64,000 nt of DNA. Source: Podarcis gaigeae (taxonomy: Eukaryota). Below the pieces are notes generated by a model that did not search any database, was not told the DNA's origin, and saw only the letters and a list, made by a program, of their open reading frames with translations. How positions within the stretch are numbered: the first letter of the stretch is position 1; each line of letters opens with the position of its first letter. The DNA lies in assembly GCA_964106915.2 (NCBI GenBank), contig OZ066919.1. One strand, written 5' to 3'. This document shows, piece after piece, positions 41,883 through 54,682 of the stretch. The translations under genes were made by a program, and so were the position numbers.

Positions 41883-42127
41883 CAGGCGAGGGTAATCTCT
41901 GGCCCTCCAGTTGTTGCTGAACTACAACTCCCATAATCCATGGCTGTGCTTGCTAGGGATGATGGGAGTTGTAGCCCAGCAACATCTGGAACACCAAAGG
42001 TTTCCATGCCTACTATGTATGTTGCTGAATTACAACTCCCATCTCTCCTGACTATTGGCCATGCTTGATGGGGCTTAATGGAGTTGAAGTCCAATAACAT
42101 CTGGAGGAACACAAATTCTCAAATCCT
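41883..42127. mobile_element. Two adjacent fold-back hAT-type MITE units
   Basis: Two copies of tgttgctgaa(c/t)tacaactcccat...aacatctgga. Confidence 0.65.
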
Positions 42128-43758
42128 GCTCTACTATATAAATCAGAAAGCTCCAAAGGTAAATGTCTAGGAGCCACCATTATTATAGCAGACAATAGTG
42201 TCTGTCAGCAGTGCTGGCTATATTGGGATAAACCTATATGTGTTCTGACAATCAAGGCAGTTGCAATATTGTGATCATTCTAGCCTATTATTCTCAGAGT
42301 TGCCCATCCCCAAAGTGTTACCATTTTCCCGGAAGCCAAATTAAAATTATTCTTTCTGTATGTGATCTTGATGGGTATGTGACAACTCTCCGCCCTTCCT
42401 CCTCTATTTCACCTGCACATCTGAAGAGCGTATCACTGGGACTACTAATGACAACTCTTGGGGAATATGTACATTTATTCTGGCCTCCTGAGAAGCTGAC
42501 AGCACTCTCCTGTCTCACTGCAGTCTCCATTCTGACTGCAAAGAAGGGTGGGTGACAAAAGGCTTATGGGTGGAACCAGACATGACACGGAGCACAAGGG
42601 GTTGCCAAATGGAATAGATTGCCCATAATAGGGCTGTCTGGCTAGGATTGCCTGATATGCCTGAGAAGGCCCAATAACATTAACATATTTAACATTGCTA
42701 CTGGATAATTTTACTTTTAAAACATTCCATATTTTATCAGCGTCGCTCTATGCCAGCCTTAACCTTCCTGGTGCCCTTCAGATGTACTGGAGTACAGATT
42801 CCCCTCAGCCCCAGCCAGAATGGAGGGCAAAATTTCTCTAGGCAGTGTACAAATATTCTGCTCTACTATAAAGGCAGAACCAGATGAGAAACAGCGGCGG
42901 CCAAAACTGGCAAACACCATCTTGTCTACCTCCTTCTGAACCTGACCTGTTAGCCTGGTTTGTTAACTGACGTTCAGCCAAAATTACTCCAGTTCAGATA
43001 TAAAGGGAATTGTGGCTTAACACAAAGCCAGGAATGAAGTGTCAAAGTTGTCACACAGAGGGGAGGACTCATAAACCACAGTTCATAAAGTTGTGAATAA
43101 TAATCTGAACCTGCACACAGAGAAAATGACACTCCTGCACCATCGAAAGAGGGTTATTTCCTACCGCCTTCCATATCTTGTTACCAACCTTTTCCACTAT
43201 TATTATTTTCTTCTTTTTATTCCTCATCTTGGCATTTTCTTTTCTACCTAATTATATAAATCGTTTGAGTAGTTAATAGTGGCTTTACCAAGTGATTACA
43301 AAAGCGCTGGGAGGACAGTGAGCTTGGCGTATACTCTAGTCTCACGCAAAAAGGCTCTATTCTGACATAATTTATGAGTCATCCCACTGACTGCTGAACT
43401 GCTCCATTGCAAACAAACTCTCGACTGCATATGGCAAGCCCTTTCATCTAACTTGCTTCCTATAAGGATCCACAGCAAAAAGGTGGGGGGAAAGAATATG
43501 AATTGGTGACCCATACTTTCTCCATTATTCCCTCCAACACATTCAGAAAAGTTGTCTCCCCCTTTTCAGGAAGTTATCCTTAAGGGCACCTGCCTAAAAG
43601 TGATAACTGTAAAATAGCGGTACGATCTTATATCGGCTCTGAATAGTTACTGATAGCTACAGTAACCGCATTCTGAAAATCAGTCCCCCCACCCCCCGCC
43701 CAACACACACAGTTGAAGGGCATCTCTTCAAATATATAACTTTAAATATACAACTTAC

Positions 43759-43827
43759 TTTCTGTTCACAATGGCCCAGTCTTCTGTGTAACTTCTTACG
43801 CAATCCCTCACGTGAGGGTCCATTTCA
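43759..43827 (-). CDS. DOCK7: DOCK7 exon 4 (69 bp)
   Basis: [23 protein letters not shown]; tag/gtaagt. Confidence 0.95.
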
Positions 43828-43926
43828 CTATAGAGAGGGAACATAGCTCTAAATGGTCTCTTCAAATCACAAACATCTTATTTCATTTTAGACTGACAGG
43901 CTGAACTACCATTTAATACCCCAGTA

Positions 43927-44168
43927 TAGTGGAACCTTGGTTCCTGAACGGCTTAGTTGCCGAACAAATTGGCTCCCAAACACCGCAAACCTGGAAGTAA
44001 GCGTTCCAGTTTGTGAACATTTTTCGGAAGCTGAACATCCAGCGCAGCTTCCGCTTGAGTTCAGGAAGATTCTGCAGCCAATCAGAAGCCACACCTTGGT
44101 TTTTGAATGGTTTCAGGAGTCGAACAGACTCCTGGAATGGATTAAGTTTGGGAACCAAGATACCACTG
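43927..44168 (+). mobile_element. Tigger/pogo-like MITE, family B
   Basis: TIRs (C)AGTGGAACCTTGGTT/AACCAAGATACCACTG, TA TSD; homologous to 51333. Confidence 0.8.
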
Positions 44169-44612
44169 TAATAAATACAGCTTGCATTCTGTAAACATCT
44201 ACTACTTTTCCAGTCATCACACGTGCATACAGGTTGCCCCACTTTACTTCATTCAATGTTTATTAACATGCTTCCTCCACCTTTACGCCATAAGTTACAT
44301 GCGACACAGGGCCTCTGCTTTTTAGACTCACAGTCAATTCACTGTCTTTCCCTTTGTTTCTCAGCTAAACCAAGAATTTCAAGGGGTACAGTTCCCTTCT
44401 CCAAGGCCCCACTCTGATTCTGCCACCACTGCCATCTCTCTGTACCTGTATAACTTGTGCTTTCTTTGCTCTCAAAGCTATCCTGGCTCCAGTGTATAGT
44501 TTTGAGTGGTGAAGGAAGAGAAGAATATGGGGATTAATGGCTTCAGCCAGGCCATCTCCCATACCTGCTCAGCTGCAAGTATGGGCCAAGGTCTCTGTTG
44601 CCTAGCCCTTAC

Positions 44613-44788
44613 CTCTCTTCGGGTACTGCTGACACAAGCGTTCTGCATTCTCGAGGACTGTAGATAACTTCAATATCGTCAGAAGGAAATTCAAGCAAGT
44701 CTCTCAAAGGGCCGCAATCCACTGCAAGTGGATGTGTAAGGAGGTATTCTTCCAAATCCACTGGATCCACAGGCTCAGTAAGAGGCAC
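44613..44788 (-). CDS. DOCK7: DOCK7 exon 3 (176 bp)
   Basis: [58 protein letters not shown]; AG/GT boundaries. Confidence 0.95.
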
Positions 44789-45439
44789 CTATGAAGATAA
44801 AGAAAAAGTTATACTAAAGTGTCAACATTTGGCTATTTTAAAATACATATATCTGTACTTAATTCCCCCGCTCTGCATATTTTGTTTTCCTCTGCAGCTG
44901 AAAAATATCAATATCTAAGCCTGCCCAGAAATACACAGTACTGCCAATTTCATTAGATGTTAAGGTTTCCAGGCCAAAATCACAAGTACAGACACATCCA
45001 GATGGTAACTGCTTTGTTCCCTCACTGGGAAAAACATTTATCTCCTGTAGTAATAGCCCTCAGTCACCACTCCCACAGAAAACAGCCAGCCATGTAGACC
45101 ATCAAGTCCTTGCTAGGCTCAACAGTCATCCACATAAAAGCACATGGACTAGATGATGGGATATCAACAACAGCAAATCAAAATCTCAGAGCCTGTTCTG
45201 AAGAGGCATCCTGCAAGCATCATGAAGGTGTGGCTCTTGTCAGTGCCTTAATGGAAGAATCCTATGTAAACTGCATTAATTTCAATCATGGAAGAAAGGC
45301 AGGATATAAATGTAGTAAAGCAAAAACAAACAGTTCTGCACATATATCCTGCAGAAATTAATCATGCTATTTAGCTCCTGTGTGGCAAAGGCTCAAGTTT
45401 TGCGCCCTTCAAGATGGTATGTAAGTTGCTTTCCTGTGT

Positions 45440-45830
45440 TTTCTTGTGTCTCAAAAGACAATGGAGTGTACCTCTGGGGGTGAAGTCAAACTGCTGCGTT
45501 AGCAGCACTGAAGTGCCTTCCCAGGGCACTAGCCTGGGAGGTGTGTATGGAGGTCCTGAGCTGCCCAGAAAACAAGACACACACACACCATTTGGCCTTG
45601 CTGATGTGGCCCAAAGACAAGCAGAGAAATACGTTTAGCACCAGCTTGGCTGCAGAAGTTGCTGGAAGGAGGTGTACAAGGCACTCCCCTCTGGATTTTC
45701 ATAGTAGGGTTTACTCCTCAGCCTTTTCTGCTTTGGGAGGTATCTCACAAGGCAGCAGAGTTTTAGGATCAGAGTCTTCCTTCTCCTAGATGGGCTACCT
45801 TCACAGGTTGATGAGCCCCACCTTCCCGCT
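45440..45830 (+). mobile_element. Interspersed repeat, possibly RTE-clade related
   Basis: GC-richer block ending ccttctcctagatgggctaccttc..aggttgatgagcccc; recognition only. Confidence 0.35.
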
Positions 45831-46015
45831 TTCTTGTGAATTTAAGAGATTTTTTAAGTAGTCTACCAGCAGGAGCAGTGCAATGTCAGAGCAGAGGATT
45901 CAGCAAACAGTGGATCAACCTCACCAAATAAAGGGTTTCCAGTGTCATTTACTCTTCTTATAGAGGCTAATGTGTCTAGTTCCAGGAGTTCTGTCCTCTC
46001 CTCCCAAATGTGGTG

Positions 46016-46170
46016 TGATGTAGCACAGTGGCTAAGAGGAGTGAGATATGAGCTGGGGAGTAGTTGGTTCAGGTCTCAGATCAGCCATGAATTTGCTAGG
46101 TGACCTTTCACAGACCATTATCCTCTCAGCCACAGTCCCACCCCTGTCTGCAATCTGGGGGTAATAATAC
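46016..46170 (+). mobile_element. Old CORE/MIR-like SINE fragment
   Basis: gtagcacagtggctaagag...ggtgacctt...cctctcagc...ctgcaatctgggggtaataatac. Confidence 0.55.
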
Positions 46171-46839
46171 ACATATACAGAACTCTTTGAATATTCTCAA
46201 GTCTTATTATTATGCCTGGCTCATGATGGATAACGGACCCTGTGAAAGCCAGCACCTAATTTTATTGAAGCTCGCGCCCATCATCATCATAACTTAATGG
46301 CTCATTCTGGGGACGGAGGAAACGCAAGCTACAATTATGCAAGGAATCTGGAGATCCTGGTCCAACACTTGGTGTGCACTATAATATCATCTTCTGCCTG
46401 GTGAAAGGAAACAGATGGTCCAAGCTTCACAGGGGACATGCCAATTGGAACATAATATTCACAAGACAGCTACAGGGAGATTACTCTGTGGCCCAGGAAT
46501 TGGGTCTAGGTATCTGAAGGAATGCCTACTTCCACACCAATCTCCCTGAAAATCATTATCGGAAACCCTCATCCAGGTGATATGACTGGGATGGGAACTT
46601 GCATCACCTCCTCAATGGAATAGTCTTCCTAGGGAGATTTGACTGCCACATACTCATAAATCTAAACAGTGATGGTTGGTTTTTGGTTTTTACTATTGCT
46701 TGTTTTAGTCACTGCCTTAACCTTTTTAGCTTTGTTGTTGCTTTAATCCTTCACTTTTGTGAAGTGTGTGAGGCTCCCTGAGAATATTTCTACTGAAGGG
46801 TTTCACAGAAGTAAATTAAACAAATTCTGTTCACAGGAA

Positions 46840-46990
46840 AGGCTGTGGTTCAGTGGCAGAGCACATGCTTTTTGAATGCACAAGGTCCCAGGTTCAATCC
46901 CTATCTGGGAAAGACCTCAGCTTGAAATGCTAGAGTGCAGCTGCCAGTCAGAGTAGACATTACTAAGTTTGATGGCATCTTCTTATGTTG
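46840..46990 (+). mobile_element. tRNA-derived SINE (same family as 20405)
   Basis: ggctgtggttcagtggcagagcacatgc...ggtcccaggttcaatccct...gctgccagtcagagtagaca. Confidence 0.7.
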
Positions 46991-49900
46991 CACATGCCCA
47001 GGTTTTTCTGAGCAAAACTCTACATTCTCTTCCAAAACAAACTCTATGGAACTTAAAAAGTACAGTATTACAGAAGTAGGTCAAAAATAATTGCCTTCTT
47101 ATTCTGAGTCTTTCATTTTCTTGAAACAAAACAATGCTACACTCAGTCCAATTCTAGCAAATGAGTGCTACAAATGCACTGGTTTTATACTTTTATTTCT
47201 GGGGCTGTGTCGCTTTCCATTATACTACAAGCCTAAGCAAAAATCCTCAAGGTGACTCAGGAGAGAGACATTTCCACCCTTAGGCATCACCAAGTCATGA
47301 AAACCTGAGTACTGCCTTAGCTGCTATGTCAGCGTTTAGCGAAGCCTCCAAGGCAACACCTCCATTACTTTCAAAATCAATTCCAAATGCAAAGCAAAGT
47401 CTTTGATCTGACCTTCCGTCTCATACAGGGCTGCAAAGTTAAGACTGAATTAGTAAACTAGCTTTCTGCAAAAGAAAGGGGAAAAGGTGCTCAAGCAAAA
47501 TGGTTCAGATTGATAAACTGGTTACTGAGTGGCTGAAGACTTCAAAATAAACCCTATAAAGCCTAATACACACATAAACAAACAGTATAAACAATATAGA
47601 CCTCCCAGTCACGGTCAAGCAGTGAATATGGGAAACAGCAATACTCTTTATATGAAGCTGGAATTCTGAAGAGAATCACCTTAAGCTAAGAAGGGATGGC
47701 TGACCAAACAATGCATAAAGTTTGGTTACTCCTTAGAAAGTCAGGATTTGGTCCTAGGTAAAGGGGGTTTGATATCCCAATCTGCAACTGTGTTTGAATG
47801 TCATGCTAAACCATATTGCTCTGGCACGGCTGCAAGGAGCAGCTTGGAAGCTTCCTTTTTTTTTTTTTTGCTCCAAACAGACAATTCAAGTTGGCTTGTT
47901 TCACACAAACCATACCACACAAACCAGTAGGCACAGTTTGTCAATGGGAATGGGATGGCAGGGAGCACAAACTCAACGCCTGCCTAGCTCCATTCACATT
48001 CTGTCAAGCTATAGTTCAGCATGATGTCAAAACATGGCCTCTGCATTTGCTTACATGAATCAAGATTTTGTGTGACCATATTCTCAAATAAGCAGAGCAC
48101 TGGTCTCTAAGAGGTTTTAGACAGACAAACACTTTATAGGTGCAGCTTCAGTGCAACACTTTAAAGAGAGAGGAATAGAGGCAATAGTTGCACTCCCATA
48201 AGGAGAGAGGCCAGAAGGTCAGGAGTTCTGCAAATACAATATCTCCGGTTCAATGATGCCAAAGATTAAAATGCTAAAAATACTTTTAGGTACCAATTCT
48301 AGAGTAAGCTGCTGATGTGTTCAAAGTGAAACACATTTGCCCTGCCTCTCAGAAACACTGAATGGATATATTCATTCTGAACTGGTGATACGGTGACATA
48401 CATTTCCTGTGGAATAGATTCTGTTGCCTTTGCCCAAATTCACCATGTGATTTCAACATCTGAAATGGTCCCCCTCTCTTTTCCCATGCAAAACCTTTGT
48501 TCCCAACAGGAACACCCTCCCTCTCTCTCCACAACATGTGATCACCATAATCAGTAGCATCCCAGGCCTGTAAATTGCTAGGTTCTGCTGTTGAAGGAAG
48601 CTGGAGGGAAAGCACAAATTTGGTGTGCCACTGTGGTGCTGCAAAGCAAAACAGTGCCCTACAACCCTACGAAGACCTAAGTGTTAAACTGTATGTGAAA
48701 GAAACACAGAGATAATCAGCTACACAGACAGGGAAGAAAATAAATGGGACAAACTTTTAAACTGAGTACAAACTGATGTGGGCAGGGAATGTGCTGTATT
48801 TGGTTGTTGTTTTTCAAATCCTCATCTTCACTAAAAGAGGAAAAGATATTTCTAATTATAGACTGGCTGCCCCTCCCAGCACACTGTCATCCTTCACAAA
48901 ATAAAGTATAAATTATCATCATGCATCACGATGATCATTGGGCAACTGTATTTATTATTTCTCCATCAATCTGAATCAATTCCTGCCAAGAAAACTACCA
49001 TATATAGGGTGCCTTATTTTACAACAAAATATGGTAGGTGAAGAATGATAGGCAGAGAGCAGTAGAGGCTTGCTCAGCTTCTTACCCAACCTCCCAAAAC
49101 TGCCATTCCTGCAGCGTACTGGGAAGACAAGGGTAAGGGGTGAGGAGGCAGCAAGGCTGGTGGAGTGCAAACGCACCAGCAGAGCCAATCCAGAGCTCCT
49201 GCTAGTGTATTTGCATCATGCCAAGCTCTCCCTATCATGCTCCTGATATGCCAGACCAATGGCAGTGACAGGAGGTCATGTAAGCAATGCAGCCCCTCCC
49301 ACCACTGCTGGCTGAGAGATTCTCCAAGGGCACTCAATACTTTATACACTACAATGCACATGTTCTCATGACATTGTACAGACTTCCCTGATCTGATCTG
49401 GTACCCTCCAGATGTTTTCTACTACAACTTCCATTACCCCACCCTCACCAGCCAGTATGGCATTGGCCACTGGTGGAAATTGTAGGTCAAAACATCTGGA
49501 GAGGACACAGTATATAAAATAGTTCAGCACAGGCCACTGGGTGATACATGACTAAATATGGGCCAGCCACATTCCAAGGCAAATGCACACATTAAATTTT
49601 TGATTTGCTTATAGGGAAAGAGAGTATGACTTAAAAAGGCTAGAACAGTCTGTAGAAAGTAAGTACTGGGAGCCAATGTAGACATGATTAGAGCAATAAT
49701 GTTAGAACAATAAGAGTTAAAACAACAATGTTTCTATTTTAGGTGCAGGGTGTTCACAAACGTCCTTATTCAAGTAATGTCTTTCCTTTTATGAAATGGA
49801 AGTAAAACTGCCAACCCATTCCAGGAACTTCATAATGAGAACTGATGTCAACAACGGCTACAGGAGCTCATCAGCATCCAGAATCAGGTAAGGCATTCAC

Positions 49901-51332
49901 ATTTTTGTCCCTACACCTCTTCAGTTGACTATTATAGCATGAAGATGTAAACAAACATAAATGTCAAACCCAGTAGCCAACATTAGCCTCGCCATCTGTG
50001 CAGTCAGAAATACTGCCTAACACCTGAGTAAACAGGCAAAACATAAATTCTTGGTTATGAAGAGGAACTAGTTTGTGTCAGCTTATTGGCAGATGAAAGA
50101 CAAACGCATTATTTTAAACTCTGGCTTTTTATGGTGGAGAGGCGGAGAAATCAAGCTTTGGAAGGTCAACCTATCTCCTTTCTGGCTATAAGGGATTTGT
50201 TGGCACCGCCCTCCTGATGAACAGGTTGCCAGCTCCTATTAAGAAAACAATGTTATGACCTTTCCTCAACAAGCCATATCAGGACATGGGATATTGTGCC
50301 AGTCAAGCTTTCAAGTGCTTTTTCAAAGGAACATTGGCGAAGGTATCATTATTTTCACTGTAAAAATTGAAACCCATATAAAAGCAGAGAAACACGACTA
50401 ACGTGTAACAGGCAACAATGCTCCCAGGCAAGCTACCGTATATAAGAAGAAGAAGAAAGTGAAATTGATTCTTTTGAGTTAGATTCTTCTTGTTTCAGTT
50501 CCAGGGCCTATTCATACCAACATTTCCTGCTACAGTACAAGAAAATCTGGCACACGCTCACCTATGTCATTTTACAATCAACAGTGCATCCACTGTCATA
50601 CATCAGAAAATCCAGCTCTTAGGATGCCACCGAAAATATGCATTTATGAAGGTATGCCAAAAGTTGGCTTTTGAACATCGCAGCAGATGCATACAACCCT
50701 ACCAGCCTCACCAAGAGACAGAATACCTCTATTTTAAAATATTTTCTTTTGTAGCTACTACACACCCAAAGGTCACATGAACATGACCTCAGATAATGAG
50801 TTTTGGTCAACAATTTCTTCCTCTTAAGTATTTTTTCTTCTGTTTTGATCTTTGACATTAGTCATTCTCTTGTTATGCGATTCCAACCACACCCTATTTT
50901 TGTTAACATTCTGTCAATGGATCATGGAGAATAGTTATAGCATCAATAAGGTCTAACCACTTCTGGTGTTTATTATTATCAGTGAGCACAGCAAATATAA
51001 TTTATCCCTTTATGATTCTTGCTATGGAAAATAGTTTGTTATTTCTGCAAGTAACATTTTATTTTATACATGTTGCTCTTTATAGGGATATTTCAAACAA
51101 TTGTTATTTGTTTGGTGCATTAACTTCCTGGAATACTATTAAGTATGCTTTGTGTTTCTGGCTAAACATCTAACTCAACAAAACTTTCAGAAACTACAGG
51201 AGACAAGGTGCCACCCTGCCAGCATTCAATTTGGAAAACCGGTAAGGCACAACTTTAATCACTCTGTAAGAATACATATACCATAAAGCCTTCTGCAGCT
51301 CTATCCGTTTGAATCTCGGTACACACTCTGTA

Positions 51333-51557
51333 CAGTGGTATCTTGGTTGTCAAACGACTTGGCTCCTGAACGCCGCAAACCCGGAAGTAAGTGTTCCGGT
51401 TTGCGAATTTTTTGGGAAGCTGAACATCCGACACAGCTTCCAATTGAGTGCAGGAAGCTCCTGCAGCCAATAGGAAGCTGCGCCTTGGTTTTTGAACAGT
51501 TCCAGGAGTCGAACGGACTCCCGGAACAGATTAAATTTGACAACCAAGGTACCACTG
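51333..51557 (+). mobile_element. Tigger/pogo-like MITE, family B
   Basis: CAGTGGTATCTTGGTTGTCAAA/TTTGACAACCAAGGTACCACTG TIRs. Confidence 0.85.
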
Positions 51558-53473
51558 TGCTGCACAGAGCAGGGCAAAAATGCATTTAAATTGTAACACA
51601 ATTTAGCCTAGACATGAGAACAAGCTGCCTTGAAAGCTTAGTTCTCCTTTCTTGAAAAGCCTGTTTTAAATGTCAAAGTATTTCTATATAGCATCCCTAG
51701 GGAGAAACTGGAGTAGTTGGAACTCCATCAAGTTGTCCTCGTTGTACTGTTGCATTTATGAATGCAACAGTAAAATCAACTAGTCAAGGTACAGTCACCA
51801 CAAGGTAAACAAGCTGTGCAAGAATTACAAAATAGAGAAGCAATGGCCATTAAGTTTGGAAATTTGCTAAGCTCCTAAGGCTGAAATCCTACACTTGCTT
51901 ACCTGAAGGCAAGTCTTAACACACTAAATAGGACTTATTTCAGAGGAGACATGCATAGGGTTGAAAAGGGACACCTATCAGGTATAACTGTGCAGTAGCC
52001 TAGCACCGGAGGTCATGTTGACAGCTAAGATAATGCTGAACTTTAACTGACAACTGATTCCAACTTATTTTCCCTACACATGTATTAGGCAATGGCCACT
52101 AGCGGATGGTGTGGTGTGGCAGAGCTGTGGAGCCACCCCACCAACACCAGTCACTAAAGCTTATGTGGATGTGGACAGGGGAGCAACGACATCAAGGCTG
52201 TGCAGGCACACCAGATTGGCTGTGTGTGTTTTTCTACAGCTGTATTAAAATAACTGGGAAAGAGCTCCATCTGCAGCACCAGAACAAAGAGCCACTCATC
52301 ATGACTACCTTTGGCATATTCCAGTAATTGCAATAAACATTCTGCCTTCTTCAGCGGTTCACACCTCTTATGAGGGAACTGCCATCCTAAAGATATACAT
52401 ATATTATATCTATATAAATGTGCACCCAGCCCTTAACTAAAGTAAGATACCAGCTTGATAGATTGAGTTTATATAAACTATTATCCTTCACCCGGCTCTG
52501 TTGGGAAGCGTGCACAGGTAGAGTTAAGGTTGTCAGTGCTTGCATTATAAAACCCTGTCTCAAATGTTTATAACTGGACTGTTACAAGGACGCTCAAGCG
52601 TTTTGTCTTTAAGGCTCTGTTATTCTTCACTGTTATGTCCCCTTACTAGCTCGAAAATAAAACTCTGCTTCCTATCGACTTTGTCCTTCCCTGGATGTCA
52701 AACACAGTATTTTGCAGTATTTTAGTGCTTCCTTCAGCCAGCCAACACTTGTTTCCATTTGCTCTCCTACCTGCATCTCTGCCGTATCATCTGCTACAAC
52801 ATGAGCAATGTGTTAGCTAAGCATGTCTATCTGTTATTCCATCCATACAACACTGTTGTATTTCCTAGTGCCGTTTCATTTTTAAAGTGTCTTGGGATTT
52901 GATGCACAAGCTATTTTGTCAAGGCGGAACCAAATGTGCTGCAAGTGAATCAAAAGAACAGGTCTAAGAGCCTTTTGTTCTATGAGCATCTCAAATGCTC
53001 CAACCTACATTCTATTTTCAGTGGCTTTTATTCTGTGTGATCATTACTAACGCATTGTAGCAAAAAGGGGCATTCACAAAATAAGGAATCTGTGCCAAAA
53101 AAATTCGAGGGGATAAATTTTTCATTCTAAACCAAGCTTTTTTAAAAAAAGTAAAATATTTATTTAAAAAAAACAATTTGTCTTTACTTTTTTTAATTTA
53201 TACCTTATGCACAACTGAGATTTAAATCAAACTGAGTGTTTTCTTATAGTATGTTTTAACTGCCCTGCAGCTTTCCAAGTTTCCAAATTACTATTACAAA
53301 AGTCCTTTGTAACACCTATGTACCTTTGTAACACATAGGTGACACCTATGGTGAGTTATCTTTGATGGAATTTGCACATATCACAAAATCTCCAATATCT
53401 AATAATAGATTCTTACTGAAAATGCAAGTATCGTCAAACAGTATGTATGAACATAAGGAACTACCCTATATGG

Positions 53474-53711
53474 CAGGGGTCAGCAACCTTTTTCAGCCGT
53501 GGGCCGATCCACTGTCCCTCAGACCATGTGGTGGGCCGGACTATATTGGGGGGGGGGGTGAACGAATTCCTATGCCCCACAAATAACCCAGAGGTGCATT
53601 TTAAATAAAAGCACACATTCTACTCATGTAAAAACACGCTGATTCCTGGACCGTCCGCGGGCCAGATTGAGAAGGCGATCTGGCCCACCAGCCTTAGGTT
53701 GCCTACCCCTG
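53474..53711. mobile_element. hAT-type MITE nested in a SINE
   Basis: CAGGGGTCAGCAACCT/AGGTTGCCTACCCCTG TIRs; TSD CTATATGG/CTATACGG. Confidence 0.85.
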
Positions 53712-54430
53712 CTATACGGAGTTGGGTCATGCAACTATCTATTCTATTCTAATCCTATGCTGATTGGCAACAGCTCTCTAAAGGTGCCAGGAAAAAGTAT
53801 TTTTGAAATGTATTTTGAAATGCCAAGGATTAAACAGCTAAGTGTGTTTTACCCATACAAGGGACCTGTGCTGACAAAGAAAAAGAACAAAATCTGGGAG
53901 TGGAAATCTTTCTATTTACCAGTGGCTTTCAAACCCCTGAAATCATGTTTCGTTCTCTATTAAAGAACAATAGCAAACATGCCAGTCAAAGAGAAATAAC
54001 AACAATGGGTGCTTGACCTACTTGGCTCAATCAGCAAGACAGCATTTGTACTACCAAGCAAAGGGAGGGAGGGGGGAAATCTAAGGCATTAGATGAAGAA
54101 GATCAAAGTGTGCTCTACTATATTCAAAGACAGATAAAGTTCTTAAGCAGGGAAGACAGACAGTAAATTTAACCCTACAGCTGCTGGCTACTGATACATT
54201 TGCAGGAAGGCAAATCAAATTTCAGGTGTTTACTTAAGTGGCCATGTAGCCAAGGCTTGAAAGAGACTTGTGTCTATATTATCTGCATAACATTGATAAA
54301 TGTAAGATATTCAGCTGCTTCCAAATGGGAAAGGTGTAGCCTTTGAAGCTCTCCCTGGTAAACTCATAGGAGTTACTGTGAAGAAAGGAAACTGGTAACT
54401 TATAAGAACCACACCACAGTGGGGCTGTGG

Positions 54431-54682
54431 GAAGAAGAAGAAGAGTTTGGATTTGATATCCCGCTTTATCACTACCCGAAGGAGTCTCAAAGCAACTAAC
54501 AATCTCCTTTTCCTTCCTCCCCCACAACAAACACTCTGTGAGGTGAGCGGGGCTGAGAGACTTCAGAGAAGTGTGACTGGCCCAAGGTTACCCAGCAGCT
54601 GCATGTGGAGGAGCAGAGACGCAAACCCGGTTCACCAGATTACGAGTCTACCGCTCCTAACCACTACACCACACTGGCTCTC
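54431..54682 (-). mobile_element. tRNA-derived SINE (Squam3-like)
   Basis: Minus strand begins gagagccagtgtggtgtagtggtt (Pol III A box) and ends in a (CTT)n tail; family name from recognition only. Confidence 0.75.

Noticed and set aside
43906-44242. Overlapping ORFs similar to those at 51255-51601 and 61715-62399
   Set aside because: Similarity reflects shared MITE DNA; frames and stops are inconsistent between copies and there is no transposase motif.
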